A stretch of DNA of 64,000 bases from an uncultured Phycisphaerales bacterium (GCA_963758525.1 CAVWVQ010000003.1:416001-480000); one strand, 5' to 3'; counted from the first letter of the stretch, positions 9,373 through 19,967 are shown. Notes: generated by a model not told the origin, from the sequence alone. A program made the numbers and translations.

Positions 9373-10731
9373 ATGAGCCAGCTCATCGACTCATCTCTCG
9401 CCGCTCAGTTCGACAAACTCCCGCCCCACTCGATTGAGGCTGAGATGTGTCTGCTGGCATCGATGATGCTCGACAAGGAAATGGTCGGGCAGGTGGTGCA
9501 GATCGTCGACCGCGAGAGCTTCTATCAGGCCGACCATCAGATCATCTACGACATCGTCCTTCGGCTCTACGAGCAGAACCGCCCGATCGATGCCCTGATC
9601 GTCCGCGAAGAGTTGATCAAGCGGCAGCTCTACGAGGAAGTTGGCGGGCGCGAATATCTCGCCGCCATCCTCAATGCGGTCCCCTCGGCCGCGCACGGGG
9701 CGCATTATGCGACCATCGTTCGGGAAAAATCGCTGCTGCGGCAACTGATCGGCGCGAGCAATGAGATTTTGCGCGATGCCTATGCGCCGCACGAGCAGGC
9801 GGATCTCGTTCTGGACAAGGCCGAGAAGAAGATCTTTGAAATCGCCCAGAAAAAAGTCGGCAACGCGATGGTGCCGATGGAGGTCGTCCTCCACGAGGTT
9901 TTCGAAAACATCGAAAATCGCGGCCAGCGCGGCGTCGAGACCGGGTTCTACGAACTCGACGACATGCTCAACGGGCTGCAGAAGGGAGAGATGATCATCG
10001 TCGCCGCCCGCCCCAGCATGGGCAAGACGGCGCTGGCGATGAATATCATCGAGCACATCGCCGCCGACAACCGGCTTCCCTGCGCCGTCTTTTCGCTGGA
10101 AATGAGCAAGCAGCAGCTCGCCCAGCGCATGCTCTGCAGCCGCGGGAAGATCGATGCCCACAAGCTGCGCAAGGGTCTCCTGCAGCCGCACGAGTATACC
10201 GAATTGGCCAATGTTGTCGGCGAGCTCGCCAAGGCGCCGATCTGGGTGGACGATTCGCCCGGCCTGACGATTCTCGATCTGCGCGCCAAGGCCCGCCGCC
10301 TGAAGCTGCAGCACGACATCAAGTGCGTGATGATCGACTACATGCAGCTCATGGACAACCCCGGCGTCGAAAGCCGCCAGCAGCAGATCAGCGAAATCTC
10401 CCGCGGAATCAAAGCGGTTGCCCGCGAGCTGGATGTCCCGGTGATCGCGTTGTCACAGTTGAATCGCCAATCGGAAGGCCGCGACGGCCATCGCCCGCGC
10501 ATGAGCGATCTCCGCGAGTCAGGCTCGATCGAACAGGATGCCGACGTCGTCGCCCTGCTGCATCGCGAAGACTATTACAAGATGAGCGAGCCGGATTTCC
10601 AACCGGACAACATCGCGGAAATCATCATCGCCAAGCAGCGCAACGGGCCGACGGGAACAGTGAAGCTGACGTTTCTCAACAAGACGACAAGGTTTGAGAA
10701 TCTGTCGACTCAGCACGATCCGTTTGCGTGA
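9373..10731 (+). CDS. dnaB: Replicative DNA helicase
   Basis: PPHSIEAE, AARPSMGKT, IDYMQL, LSQLNR, DLRESGSIEQDAD, KQRNGPTG; no intein. Confidence 0.98.
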   Translation: MSQLIDSSLAAQFDKLPPHSIEAEMCLLASMMLDKEMVGQVVQIVDRESFYQADHQIIYDIVLRLYEQNRPIDALIVREELIKRQLYEEVGGREYLAAILNAVPSAAHGAHYATIVREKSLLRQLIGASNEILRDAYAPHEQADLVLDKAEKKIFEIAQKKVGNAMVPMEVVLHEVFENIENRGQRGVETGFYELDDMLNGLQKGEMIIVAARPSMGKTALAMNIIEHIAADNRLPCAVFSLEMSKQQLAQRMLCSRGKIDAHKLRKGLLQPHEYTELANVVGELAKAPIWVDDSPGLTILDLRAKARRLKLQHDIKCVMIDYMQLMDNPGVESRQQQISEISRGIKAVARELDVPVIALSQLNRQSEGRDGHRPRMSDLRESGSIEQDADVVALLHREDYYKMSEPDFQPDNIAEIIIAKQRNGPTGTVKLTFLNKTTRFENLSTQHDPFA

Positions 10732-10793
10732 GGCGCCTTAATGAAACACGCTTAGCTATCTTCTGCCTAATCGTCGGCAATTGATCGGACACC

Positions 10794-11090
10794 TCAGTCC
10801 TTGTCCAATTGCGACCGATGTTCGCGCGCTGCGTGGAGAATACGCAGTACGACGACCGTTTGATTCTCGATTCTGAAAAAAACCTTGTAGGGAAATCTTT
10901 CGGTCAGTGCTCTCCGAAGCTCCCGGTAGTACAATGCAAATTGTTCGGGATCTTCTTCCAGGCGTGTGAACAAATCCGCGATTGAAGCCAGAAACTCGTC
11001 ACCCAATCCAAGGCGACGGCCCTCGTACCAGGTGCGTGCCTCAGCAAGATCAGCCTTGGCGACAGGGCGAATGTAAACGGGCCATTTCAC
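10794..11090 (-). CDS. RelE/ParE family toxin
   Basis: IRPVAKADLAEARTWYE..LGDEF, RRALTERFPYKVFF, RILHAAR; GTGA overlap with the upstream antitoxin. Confidence 0.88.
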   Translation of the reverse strand: MKWPVYIRPVAKADLAEARTWYEGRRLGLGDEFLASIADLFTRLEEDPEQFALYYRELRRALTERFPYKVFFRIENQTVVVLRILHAAREHRSQLDKD

Positions 11091-11320
11091 GCCGCACTCG
11101 AGCCGCGCACCCCGCGCAACACGTCGCGCCACGGCGTCCCGGGGTTTCCATCCCGCTCGAACTCAGCGAGTGCCTCGTCGAGCAGTTTTTTCTCTTCTGA
11201 AGAAGGGCCAACGCCCTCCAGCAGATCCTTTTCCTGCAGCTCGCACAGCCGCTGGAACACCTGCTCCCGCTCGTCAGGCTCAAGGGTGGACAGCCCAGCT
11301 AGAATCTCAGCTTTGCTCAT
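11087..11320 (-). CDS. Addiction-module antitoxin
   Basis: 77 aa acidic protein ending LDEALAEF..PGTPWRDV, coupled to the ParE toxin; similar to 63829-64000. Confidence 0.8.
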   Translation of the reverse strand: MSKAEILAGLSTLEPDEREQVFQRLCELQEKDLLEGVGPSSEEKKLLDEALAEFERDGNPGTPWRDVLRGVRGSSAA

Positions 11321-11469
11321 GTCATTATTCTACCTGTCGGAAGGCCACAAGGAAAAGCCTTCTTGGACACTGTTGCCCCTGCAAAAGCCCACAGATTCTT
11401 TGAGCGCATTGACGGAAATAGCTCCTTCTGCCATGCTGCGCCCGATCTTCGGAGGAGCGTTCGCGCGCA

Positions 11470-12319
11470 ATGAAAATTCGCAAAGCCGTCATTACCGCAG
11501 CGGGTCGATCGCAACGGGGATTGCCGCTGCAGACGCTCGTGGATCGGGACGGAGTGCAGAAATCGGCCCTGCGAATTATTCTGCAGGAAGCGATCAGCAG
11601 CGGGGTTGAGCAGGTTTGTGCCGTCATCACCCCCGGCGATCAGAAGCTGTATGCGGAAGCGGCCGGAGAACTGGCGGGGAGATTGCAGTTTGTCGAGCAG
11701 AAGGATGCCCTGGGCTACGGCCATGCCCTCCACTGCGCCAAAGGCTTCGTTGCCAATGATCCGTTCCTGCACCTGGTCAGCGATCACTTGTATTTGAGCC
11801 GGTCGGGCAACCGCTGTGCACAGCAGTTGGTGGCGATGGCCGAGCTGCACAATTGCTCGGTGTCGGCCGTGCAGGCAACGCGGGAAAACATGCTGACGTA
11901 TTATGGAACGATCGGCGGACGGCGTGTTGCGGGGCAAAACAATCTCTACGAAGTGGAGCAGGTTGCCGAAAAACCGACGCCGACGGAAGCCGAGCAGACA
12001 CTTCTGGTTCCCGGGCTGCGCCGGACATTACCTCTGCTTCTTCGGCATGCACGTACTGACGCCAGCGGTGATGGATCTGCTTGGCGGCTTGCTCGGCAAG
12101 CTCAAATCCGGCGAGCGGCTCGCGCTCTCCCCGGCCCTCGCGGAACTGGCCCGCAAAGAACGCTATCTCGCCCTGGAAGTGCAGGGCCTGCGATACAACA
12201 TCGGCGTGCGCTACGGCCTGCTGACCGGCCAACTGGCGCTGGCGCTGGACGGGAACGACCGCGAGGAAATTCTCGCCCAACTTGTCGAACTGCTGGCAAC
12301 GCGGGAGAAGTCTGCCTGA
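11470..12319 (+). CDS. GalU-like sugar-phosphate nucleotidyltransferase with a degenerate signature; frameshift near 12018
   Basis: [35 protein letters not shown]; continues in frame 11903..12319 as [19 protein letters not shown]. Confidence 0.8.
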
Positions 12320-12327
12320 CCAACGCC

Positions 12328-15300
12328 ATGACCTCCGAGCTGATCCGGATCATCACGTCTGACGACCCGCAGGTGCGCGACCAGTCGCTCGACGCGATTT
12401 GCCGGGACGAGTCTGTCGAGCAACTCCTGGCCGAGTGCGAGCAGCTCGATGCGTTTCGCCGCGATCACGACAATCTCTACCAGCGCGTTCGCGCCCTCTT
12501 TTTCCTCTACGCCATTCACCGGTTCCACCTGCCGACGCGATCGAGTCTGTCGGTCCACGGTCATGTGCCGTTCAATGGGTACGAACATCTTCTCTCCCGT
12601 CGTTTTGAAGAAGCGATCGATTCGTTCCTCGATGTGCAGAAGAACAAGGGACCCAGTGACCCAATCTCCAGCGCCCTGGCGGCCGCGTACCGCGACCTGG
12701 CATTTCAGACCCTTGCCAACCAGGTGCGGCGGAGCGTCCGCTCGGTGAAAGGCAATCAATGGATGTTCCGCATCGGCCATCCCGCGGACCAGCCCTTGCG
12801 AATCCGGCCCGAGCTGCTCGAGCGTTCGCCGACGGATGGCTCGTTTCCGATTCTCGCGGAGAAGACTCCGGTGCGAATGGATCTCACGCATAGCGCGTGG
12901 AGCGACATCTTTTTTCTGGGAATGGATTTTCCCGAAGGCGCGCGGGTGCTGAACGTGTCGATCGACCTGGCCGTTCATGGGCGCGATCCAGCGCCCAAGC
13001 CGCCGGTCGAGGCATATCTGCGGGTGATCGACGAGCCGGTGTTGCGTGTCGTCAGCGTCGATCTGGCGACGCGCGCAGATATTACCAGCCTGCCGGAAGT
13101 CTTTGACTTTGCGAAGGATTATCTGGGGCTGCTCAAGGCGGCGGTGATCGCGTCGGGAATTATTCCGCCGGGGATCGAAGGCTCCGGCCGAACGCTTGCC
13201 GAGCTGCTGGAGCGAGTCGTCGGTCCGGGACTTGGGCTGGAGATCGTCAGCAACGTCAACAATATTCCAAAAGGTTCGCGGCTCGCAGTCTCCACCAATT
13301 TGCTGGGCGCGCTGATCTCCGTCTGCATGCGCGCGACCAGCCAGGCGACTTCGCTCACCGGAGAGCTGCACGAAAACGAGCGACGCCTGGTTGCGGCGCG
13401 CGCCATTCTCGGTGAGTGGATCGGTGGTTCGGGCGGCGGGTGGCAGGATTCGGGCGGCGTCTGGCCCGGAATGAAACTCATCACCGGCACGCCCGCGCGC
13501 GAGGGCGATCCGGAGTTTGGCATCAGCCGCGGCCGCCTGCTTCCCACGCACAAGATTCTCGGGTCCGCGGAGGCGCCGCCCTCCGTTCGTGAACATCTGC
13601 AACAGAGCCTCGTGCTCGTTCATGGCGGCATGGCGCAGAACGTCGGCCCGATTCTTGAGATGGTCACGGAAAAATATCTTCTCCGCTCCGAAGCCGAGTG
13701 GAGCGCCCGCTGGCAGGCGATGGGCATTCTCGACGAAATCCTCGACGCGCTGCGCCGCGATGATGTTGCCGGCGTCGGCGCCGCGACAACCCGCAATTTC
13801 TTCGGCCCGCTGCAGGCCATTATTCCCTGGGCCAGCACGCACTACACGGAAACGATCATCGCCCGCGTCAAAGAGCGATTCGGCTCCGACTTCTGGGGCT
13901 TCTGGATGCTCGGCGGAATGTCCGGCGGGGGAATGGGATTCATCTTTGCGCCAAAACAGAAAGCCGCCGCACAGGAGTTTCTCCAGCAGACAATGTCGAG
14001 CATCAAGAAGGAACTGGAGAACGCCCTGCCGTTCGCGATGGAACCGGTCGTCTACGATTTTGCGATCAATCCGCACGGCACCTATGCGCAGCTTCTGGCC
14101 AGCGACAAGGCGCTGCTGCCGCCCGGTTATTACGCGTTCATGGCGCCGCAATGGCTGCGGACTGACCCGCGCCAATTGTCGCCGCTGCGCCGCGCGGAAC
14201 TGGATCGCTTTGGCTCCGCCTGCCGAACCGATCCATCGCTTCGGGGGATGGTTGAAACGCTGTTCGACAGGCTCCTGCCGCGCGGAAAATCCGAAGGCGG
14301 CCCGGCCCGTTCGGTTTGGGAACTGCTCGATCAGTATGGATTTGATCGTCAGCTTCACGAGCAGATTCGCGCCGATCTGACCGCGGGCCGAACCGGCCTG
14401 GCGCAGAATCGCCTGCCGCGGACCACGACCATCGAAGACGTCAAACCGGACGATGTTGCGGATCTGACCGGGACGGCGTCAGGCGATTCGCGCGCAATGG
14501 ATCGAGCTTGGCCGCAAGGCATTACGAAACGGGGAAGTCGGAGTCATGTCGCTCGCCGCCGGTGCAGGCAGCCGATGGACGCAGGGCGCCGGGGTCGTCA
14601 AGGCGCTGCATCCGTTCTGCAAGCTCGCGGGGAAGCATCGCACGTTTATTGAAACGCATCTGGCCAAGAGCCGGCGCGTCGGACGAGAGCACGGCGCGAT
14701 GTTGCCGCACGTCATCGCGACCAGTTACCTGACGCACGAGCCGATCGCGTCGTTTCTGGCCGCGCGGGACAACTACGGCTACGCCGGTCCGCTGTATCTT
14801 TCGCCGGGGCGTTCGGTGGGCCTGCGCATGGTGCCGACGGTGCGCGATCTGCGATTCGCGTGGGAAGAGATGCCGCAGAAGCTTCTCGATCAGCAGGCCC
14901 AGAAGATGCGCGAAAGCCTTCATGCTGCGCTGATTGGCTGGGCAGAGCGCGCCGGACAGGCGAGCGATTACACCGACAATGTCCCCTCCCAGTGCCTTCA
15001 TCCCGTCGGCCATTGGTTTGAAACGCCCAATCTCCTGCGCAACGGCGTCCTCCTGCGCATGTTGCAGAACCGCCCGCAGCTTCGCTATCTGATGCTGCAC
15101 AATATCGACACCGTGGGAGCGGATGTTGATCCCGCCGTTCTCGGCCTGCATATCGCGCGCGGGTCGTGCCTCACCTTCGAAGTGATCACGCGCCGCATCG
15201 ACGATCGCGGCGGCGGACTGGCGCGCGTGAACGATCGCGTTCGGCTCGTCGAGGGATTGGCGATGCCGCGCGAGGAAGACGAGTTTCATCTTTCCTACTA

Positions 15301-15663
15301 CAACACGCTGACGACCTGGATCGAGATCGATCGGCTGCTGCAGGTCTTCGGCCTGTCGTGCGCCGAACTGGCGGATGCCGAAAAAGTCGCCGCCGCCGTC
15401 CGCGCGGTCGCGCGCGAATGCCGACTTACATCACCCTCAAAGACGTCAAGAAGCGCTGGGGCCATGGCCAGGAAGACATCTTTCCGGTCGCGCAGTTTGA
15501 GAAGCTCTGGGGCGACATGAGCGCGCTCGCTGAAGTCGCATGCGGGTATGCCGTGGTACCCCGCGCCCGCGGCCAGCAACTGAAAGATCAGGCCCAACTC
15601 GACGGCTGGCTCCGCGACGGGTCGGCCGCGTACGTCGAATCAATCTGCGAATTCGGCTCTTGA
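12328..15663 (+). CDS. Fusion of a GHMP-family sugar kinase and a UDPGP-family pyrophosphorylase (~1110 aa); frameshifts near 14485 and 15415
   Basis: Kinase-like motifs [33 protein letters not shown]; pyrophosphorylase-like motifs [31 protein letters not shown]. Confidence 0.8.
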
Positions 15664-15666
15664 GCT

Positions 15667-15732
15667 GTCGGGCGGGACTTCTCCCGCCGTCGGCTCCGCG
15701 CGAGGCAATCGGCGGGATAAATCCCGCCCTAC
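15667..15732. repeat. REP family A inverted doublet
   Basis: GTCGGGCGGGACTTCTCCCGCC ... GGCGGGATAAATCCCGCCCTAC. Confidence 0.85.
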
Positions 15733-15832
15733 CGCGAGCGTTGAAGACTTTCCCGGTAGCACGCATGGCACGGGGAGAGCGATGATCCCCGCAATCGGAT
15801 ATCGATCTGTCGGACCGGGTTGAACGCATCCT

Positions 15833-15955
15833 CGTGGCATGGGCGTCCCGCGCGTCCCGCCCATGCTGGCGACGGAAGAGTTACCCGAAGATCTTCGCTA
15901 TCCAAATGTTCCTCGATTCCCGCGCAGCCAACATGGGCGGGACGCCCATGCCACG
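15833..15955. repeat. REP family B inverted doublet
   Basis: CGTGGCATGGGCGTCCCG ... CATGGGCGGGACGCCCATGCCACG. Confidence 0.85.
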
Positions 15956-16023
15956 GGGAATCTCCTCCAGCGAAAAACTCTCCCGTCTCGCGTGTCGGGA
16001 TAGATCGGCTTATCATTCCTCGT

Positions 16024-16254
16024 ATGACCACCCCGACTTCTTCGCCTCAAGTTGACCCGGAACTGCTGGAGATTCTTCGATGCCCGCTGACGCGCAGCAA
16101 GCTGCGGCTCGAAGGGGATTTTCTGATCGCGGAAGTCGGCGGGTTGAGCTATCCCATCCGCGACGGCTTCCCTGTGATGCTCATCGAAGAGGCGAAGCTG
16201 CCCCAGGGCGTGCAATCGCTGGACGAGTTGAAGGCGAAGCTGAATATTGCGTGA
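16024..16254 (+). CDS. Trm112/UPF0434 family protein
   Basis: ELLEILRCP..L and YPIRDGFPVMLIEEA. Confidence 0.88.
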   Translation: MTTPTSSPQVDPELLEILRCPLTRSKLRLEGDFLIAEVGGLSYPIRDGFPVMLIEEAKLPQGVQSLDELKAKLNIA

Positions 16255-16255
16255 A

Positions 16256-17449
16256 TCACGCCTCGCGCAGGTGATAACTGCGAATCGTGTTCTGCTGAAA
16301 ATCGGGGTACGAGCCGATGTCGTGCTCGGCCAGATCGAGCCCGTCAAATTCATCGGCGTCGCGGGCGCGAATGCTGGCGACCCGCTTCAATCCGAAAAAC
16401 AACGCGGCTGAGGAGAGAATCGACAGCGCGGCAATGGCGAGCAATCCCAGGGCCGCGATCGCAAGCTGCCGGAGGCGCTCGCCCGGTGTTCCGCCGGCGA
16501 AGACCGCGGCGGCGAGCGTGCCCCAGATCCCCCCGGCAAGCTGCGGCGCGATCAGGCCGATCGGATCGTCGATGCGCAAATACAGATCCATCGCGACCGC
16601 CGACCACGGGACCAGCACCCCGGCGCCGGCGCCGATCAGCACCGCGGCCCGCACGCCGACCGATCCGGCGCCGGCGCTGGATGCAACCAGCCCGCCGAGC
16701 ATGCCGATCAACGTGAGCAGAAGGTCGATCTTCCCAAAGCGGAAATGGCAATAGATCATTGCCGTCCCCCCTGCCGCGACGGCGGCGAAGAAGACATCCG
16801 CAGCGGCGCTCTCCATTGGTTCCTGGCGCATCAGCGCCGATCCGACGACGTACGCGGTCCAACCGACCAGTGTCAGCAGCGCCCCCACCGCGGCCATTGG
16901 CAGCGTGTGTCCGGGGATGACGGCGGTGGACCCGTCACGATGATATTTTCCCGAACGCGGTCCAACGATTCTGGCGCCGACGGCGGCGCAGAGTGCCGCC
17001 GGAACCTGCAGCGCCGCAGCGCCCGCGACATCCACAAATCCCGCCCGCCTGAGCCATCCGTACCAGACCCAGTTTCCCGCGATGGGGAGGACCACCGTGC
17101 AGAGCAGCGCGGACGCTGCCAGCACCGGCATCAGCCGCGCCCGCTCCGCCAGCGCTCCGGCAACCACCGACGTCGCGGTAAGGACAGCCGCGGTTTGAAA
17201 CAACAGTGCCGTCGGATCAGGCGATCCGCCGAGCAGGAATTGCCAGCGAATTCCGATGAATGGCGTTTGCGTTTGCCAGAGCAACGCCGAGCCGATGGCA
17301 AGGAATGCCAGCGAGCCAACGTACAGATCGCAGAAAGACCGGACGATTGCGCTTGCAGAATTCTTCGAACGGCTCAAGCCGGTCAAAAAAAGTGCATGAC
17401 CAACGCGTACCAGCAGCGCCGCCACGGCTAATGCGGTCAGGGAGTCCAT
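16256..17449 (-). CDS. Ammonium transporter (Amt) family protein with non-canonical pore residues
   Basis: Many TM segments, RSKN, GALAER, WVWYGWL, DVAG, GPR, GW, DDP and the C-terminal ExxGLDxxEH motif. Confidence 0.88.
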   Translation of the reverse strand: MDSLTALAVAALLVRVGHALFLTGLSRSKNSASAIVRSFCDLYVGSLAFLAIGSALLWQTQTPFIGIRWQFLLGGSPDPTALLFQTAAVLTATSVVAGALAERARLMPVLAASALLCTVVLPIAGNWVWYGWLRRAGFVDVAGAAALQVPAALCAAVGARIVGPRSGKYHRDGSTAVIPGHTLPMAAVGALLTLVGWTAYVVGSALMRQEPMESAAADVFFAAVAAGGTAMIYCHFRFGKIDLLLTLIGMLGGLVASSAGAGSVGVRAAVLIGAGAGVLVPWSAVAMDLYLRIDDPIGLIAPQLAGGIWGTLAAAVFAGGTPGERLRQLAIAALGLLAIAALSILSSAALFFGLKRVASIRARDADEFDGLDLAEHDIGSYPDFQQNTIRSYHLREA

Positions 17450-17495
17450 CAGGCGGTACAGGGTAGCGACACAGGCGCGGGAAGGCACGGGGGCA

Positions 17496-17626
17496 GGTGA
17501 TTGGTGATTGGAACGTGACAAAGCGAGCGAATCGTGAAGACGTGAAACGTGAGAAGGAGCGGAGGCCTCGGAATCGTGACCGCATCGAGCTTGCCAGCGG
17601 TGCCGTCGTGGCTTGCCCCTTCGCGG
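17496..17626. repeat. ~130 bp dispersed repeat, copy 2
   Basis: Colinear with the reverse complement of 23021-23153 over its full length. Confidence 0.85.
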
Positions 17627-17704
17627 AGCGAACCGCCCACGAAAACTTTCCCCTTCGGCGACGCGTGACGCACCCGATCTTTCGGGAGCTGTCACAACGG
17701 TGCT

Positions 17705-17756
17705 GCAACTCTTTCCCCCTCCCCTGGTACGCCGGGGAAGGGCTGGGGTGGGGGCT
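17705..17756. repeat. C-rich/G-rich palindromic repeat, family E
   Basis: CCCCCTCCCCTGGTACGCCGGGGAAGGGCTGGGGTGGGGG; related copies at 25483-25522 and, inverted, 58579-58627. Confidence 0.75.
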
Positions 17757-17843
17757 CGCTTGCGATCGCGCGGACCGGTACTGAAGCGGGTAATTCCGCA
17801 AGCTCCTTCCCGCCTTGCCTCCAACTTCCAATAATGGACCGCA

Positions 17844-18677
17844 ATGATCCGGCACCGCTCAGGCGACGATTTCCTCCTCATCACGCAGAAAGAGCACGCA
17901 CTCTTCGCCGGAACGTTGGCGACGCACGTGGGCAACGACCGCTTCGCTCCCCCGGCGCCGTTCGAGCCCACCGTGCGGGGGATCGCGCTCCATGACAGCG
18001 GCTGGCCGCTGCACGACGATGCGCCGGCGCTGGACCGGCATGGCTGGCCGATGCATGTGCTGCAGACGCCGCTTGAGATTGCAACGCGGGTTTGGAACGC
18101 GTCGGTCGATCTGGCGGTCGCGGAGCATCCGTGGAGCGGATTGCTGGTCAGTCAGCATGTGCTGCGGCTCTCATCGCTGCCGCACGAGGGAAGCGGACGG
18201 GATGGAAGACCGGCCGATCCTCGAACGATCTTCGAGATCAATAAATTTCAGCACCGGCAGATTGAGATTCAGGAATCGCTGCGCAAATCGCTGAGCCTGC
18301 GGACGGATATCGCGCTGCGGCTCGGGCTGGCGCAGCCGGGGACAAATGATGACGAAGATCTCCTGCTCGTCGCGGCCGGATGGATGCGCGTGCTGGACAG
18401 CCTGAGCCTTGACATCTGCTGCGATCGGCCGTTGTTTGACGCGATTGACTACATCTTTCCAAAGCCGGGCGTTCAACCGGTGCGCATGACGATCGGGCAT
18501 CCCGCGCCGTTTCAGTTGGCGCTGGATCCGTGGCCATTTGACGTGGCGGAGATCGCCGCGGAGATTCCCCTGCGCCGCGTCCCGGCGCGGGCTTATTCGT
18601 CGCTGGGAGAATTTCGCGATATGTACGCGGCAGCGCGGAACGAACAGATGGTGCTCAAGCTTTCGCCGTCGCGATAG
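17844..18677 (+). CDS. DUF3891-like protein
   Basis: LITQKEHA, ALHDSGW, LLVSQH, DSLSLDICC, LDPWPF pattern. Confidence 0.75.
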   Translation: MIRHRSGDDFLLITQKEHALFAGTLATHVGNDRFAPPAPFEPTVRGIALHDSGWPLHDDAPALDRHGWPMHVLQTPLEIATRVWNASVDLAVAEHPWSGLLVSQHVLRLSSLPHEGSGRDGRPADPRTIFEINKFQHRQIEIQESLRKSLSLRTDIALRLGLAQPGTNDDEDLLLVAAGWMRVLDSLSLDICCDRPLFDAIDYIFPKPGVQPVRMTIGHPAPFQLALDPWPFDVAEIAAEIPLRRVPARAYSSLGEFRDMYAAARNEQMVLKLSPSR

Positions 18678-18693
18678 CGGAAAGGATTTCTCG

Positions 18694-19194
18694 ATGCCTT
18701 TGATGACGCTGCAATATCCCCTCGGCTACTTTGTTGCTCACAACGCGACCATCGTCGGCGACGTCAGAATCGGACCGCTGGCCAGTTTTTGGTTTAACGC
18801 CGTCGTGCGCGGTGACGTCGCTTCGGTGAGCATCGGGCAGAGGGTCAACGTGCAGGACGGCGCGGTCATTCACTGCGACTCGGGCGTCCCGAATACGATC
18901 GAAGATGACGTGTCGATCGGCCATGGCGCGATCGTTCATGGCACATTCGTCGGCCGGGGTTCGCTGATCGGAATGGGCGCGGTGGTGTTGGGCCGGACGC
19001 GGATCGGCAGCGAGTGTTTGATCGCGGCCGGGGCGGTCGTCCCCCCGGGGCTGGAGGTGCCGGACCGCATGGTGGTGATGGGAGTTCCCGGCAAGATCGT
19101 CAGACCGATCAAGGCCGAGGAGTTGCAATACCTCGCGTGGCTCAGCGGGCACTATGTGGAGTTGGCGCAGAAGTATGAGAGCGGAGCGTTCTGA
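18694..19194 (+). CDS. Gamma carbonic anhydrase family protein
   Basis: Hexapeptide repeats, VRGD, NVQDG, IH..IGH..VH metal ligands. Confidence 0.92.
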   Translation: MPLMTLQYPLGYFVAHNATIVGDVRIGPLASFWFNAVVRGDVASVSIGQRVNVQDGAVIHCDSGVPNTIEDDVSIGHGAIVHGTFVGRGSLIGMGAVVLGRTRIGSECLIAAGAVVPPGLEVPDRMVVMGVPGKIVRPIKAEELQYLAWLSGHYVELAQKYESGAF

Positions 19195-19296
19195 CAAGAT
19201 TCGCAAAGTTGACGCAGCGTGACGCCCAGAAAGCTTGCTGTTGGGGGGATCTGGCGGGGGCCAGTTCCGCAGGCTTTCAGATCCAATGATCCCGTT

Positions 19297-19719
19297 CTAA
19301 TTACTCGCGCCGGCGTCGTTCAGGCAGGCGCGCAGTTGGGTGAGCAACTGCGACACGTTCACAGGCTTGCTGAAAAAGTAAGTAGCTCCTGATTGGGCGA
19401 CCGCCTTGAGCATGTCGATGGAGTTTTCACCGCTGAGAACGATCACCGGAGCTTTCGGGCCCAGCCGTTCGCGGAGCTTTTGGATAAGGATCAGCCCGTG
19501 GAGATCGGGAAGGTTCAAGTCGACGACAGCTGCCTGAAATCGAAACTCGTCGATCGCGGATAACGCATGAGCGGCCCGGTAGGCCACCGCTGTCTGATAA
19601 CGTTCGGCCTCAAGCAGCCGAGCGAGCGCATCAGCCGTCGGCTGATGGTCGTCGACCACCAGAACGTTGGGCCAGGCCAGCGGGGCCACCTCTTCGAAAT
19701 TGAACTGAAGCGATTCCAC
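19297..19719 (-). CDS. Single-domain response regulator
   Basis: VLVVDD, VVDLNLPD, LSG, KPV. Confidence 0.9.
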   Translation of the reverse strand: MESLQFNFEEVAPLAWPNVLVVDDHQPTADALARLLEAERYQTAVAYRAAHALSAIDEFRFQAAVVDLNLPDLHGLILIQKLRERLGPKAPVIVLSGENSIDMLKAVAQSGATYFFSKPVNVSQLLTQLRACLNDAGASN

Positions 19720-19814
19720 CGGACACCATCGCCAATCCTCATGCCCGAGTGTAGAGAATTTTGCGACTTTCCGTCTTCGCCGACACTGCTTCGCGAAGGC
19801 CAGAGAAGATTTGT

Positions 19815-19844
19815 TTGCATTTTCGAGCTTGACGACAGTATATT
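19815..19844 (+). promoter_or_regulatory. Possible sigma70-type promoter for the cold-shock gene
   Basis: TTGCAT-N18-TATATT in an AT-rich patch about 120 nt upstream of the start; pattern match only. Confidence 0.3.
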
Positions 19845-19967
19845 GAATTTACTTGCGGGAACGCATCGCCGGTGGCATCGTGGGTGGGGAGTCATGTCGT
19901 AAGGGATGTCGCTTCGCGTCTGGCGAGATCGCTCTGCTCCCGCCGAGCAGCAATTCTGGGAGAGCGC

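Noticed and set aside
11470..14652. The 1060 aa ORF as a single GalU-kinase fusion
   Set aside because: Residues ~185-286 are off-frame sequence. The GalU-like gene ends at 12319 in another frame and the next gene starts at 12328.
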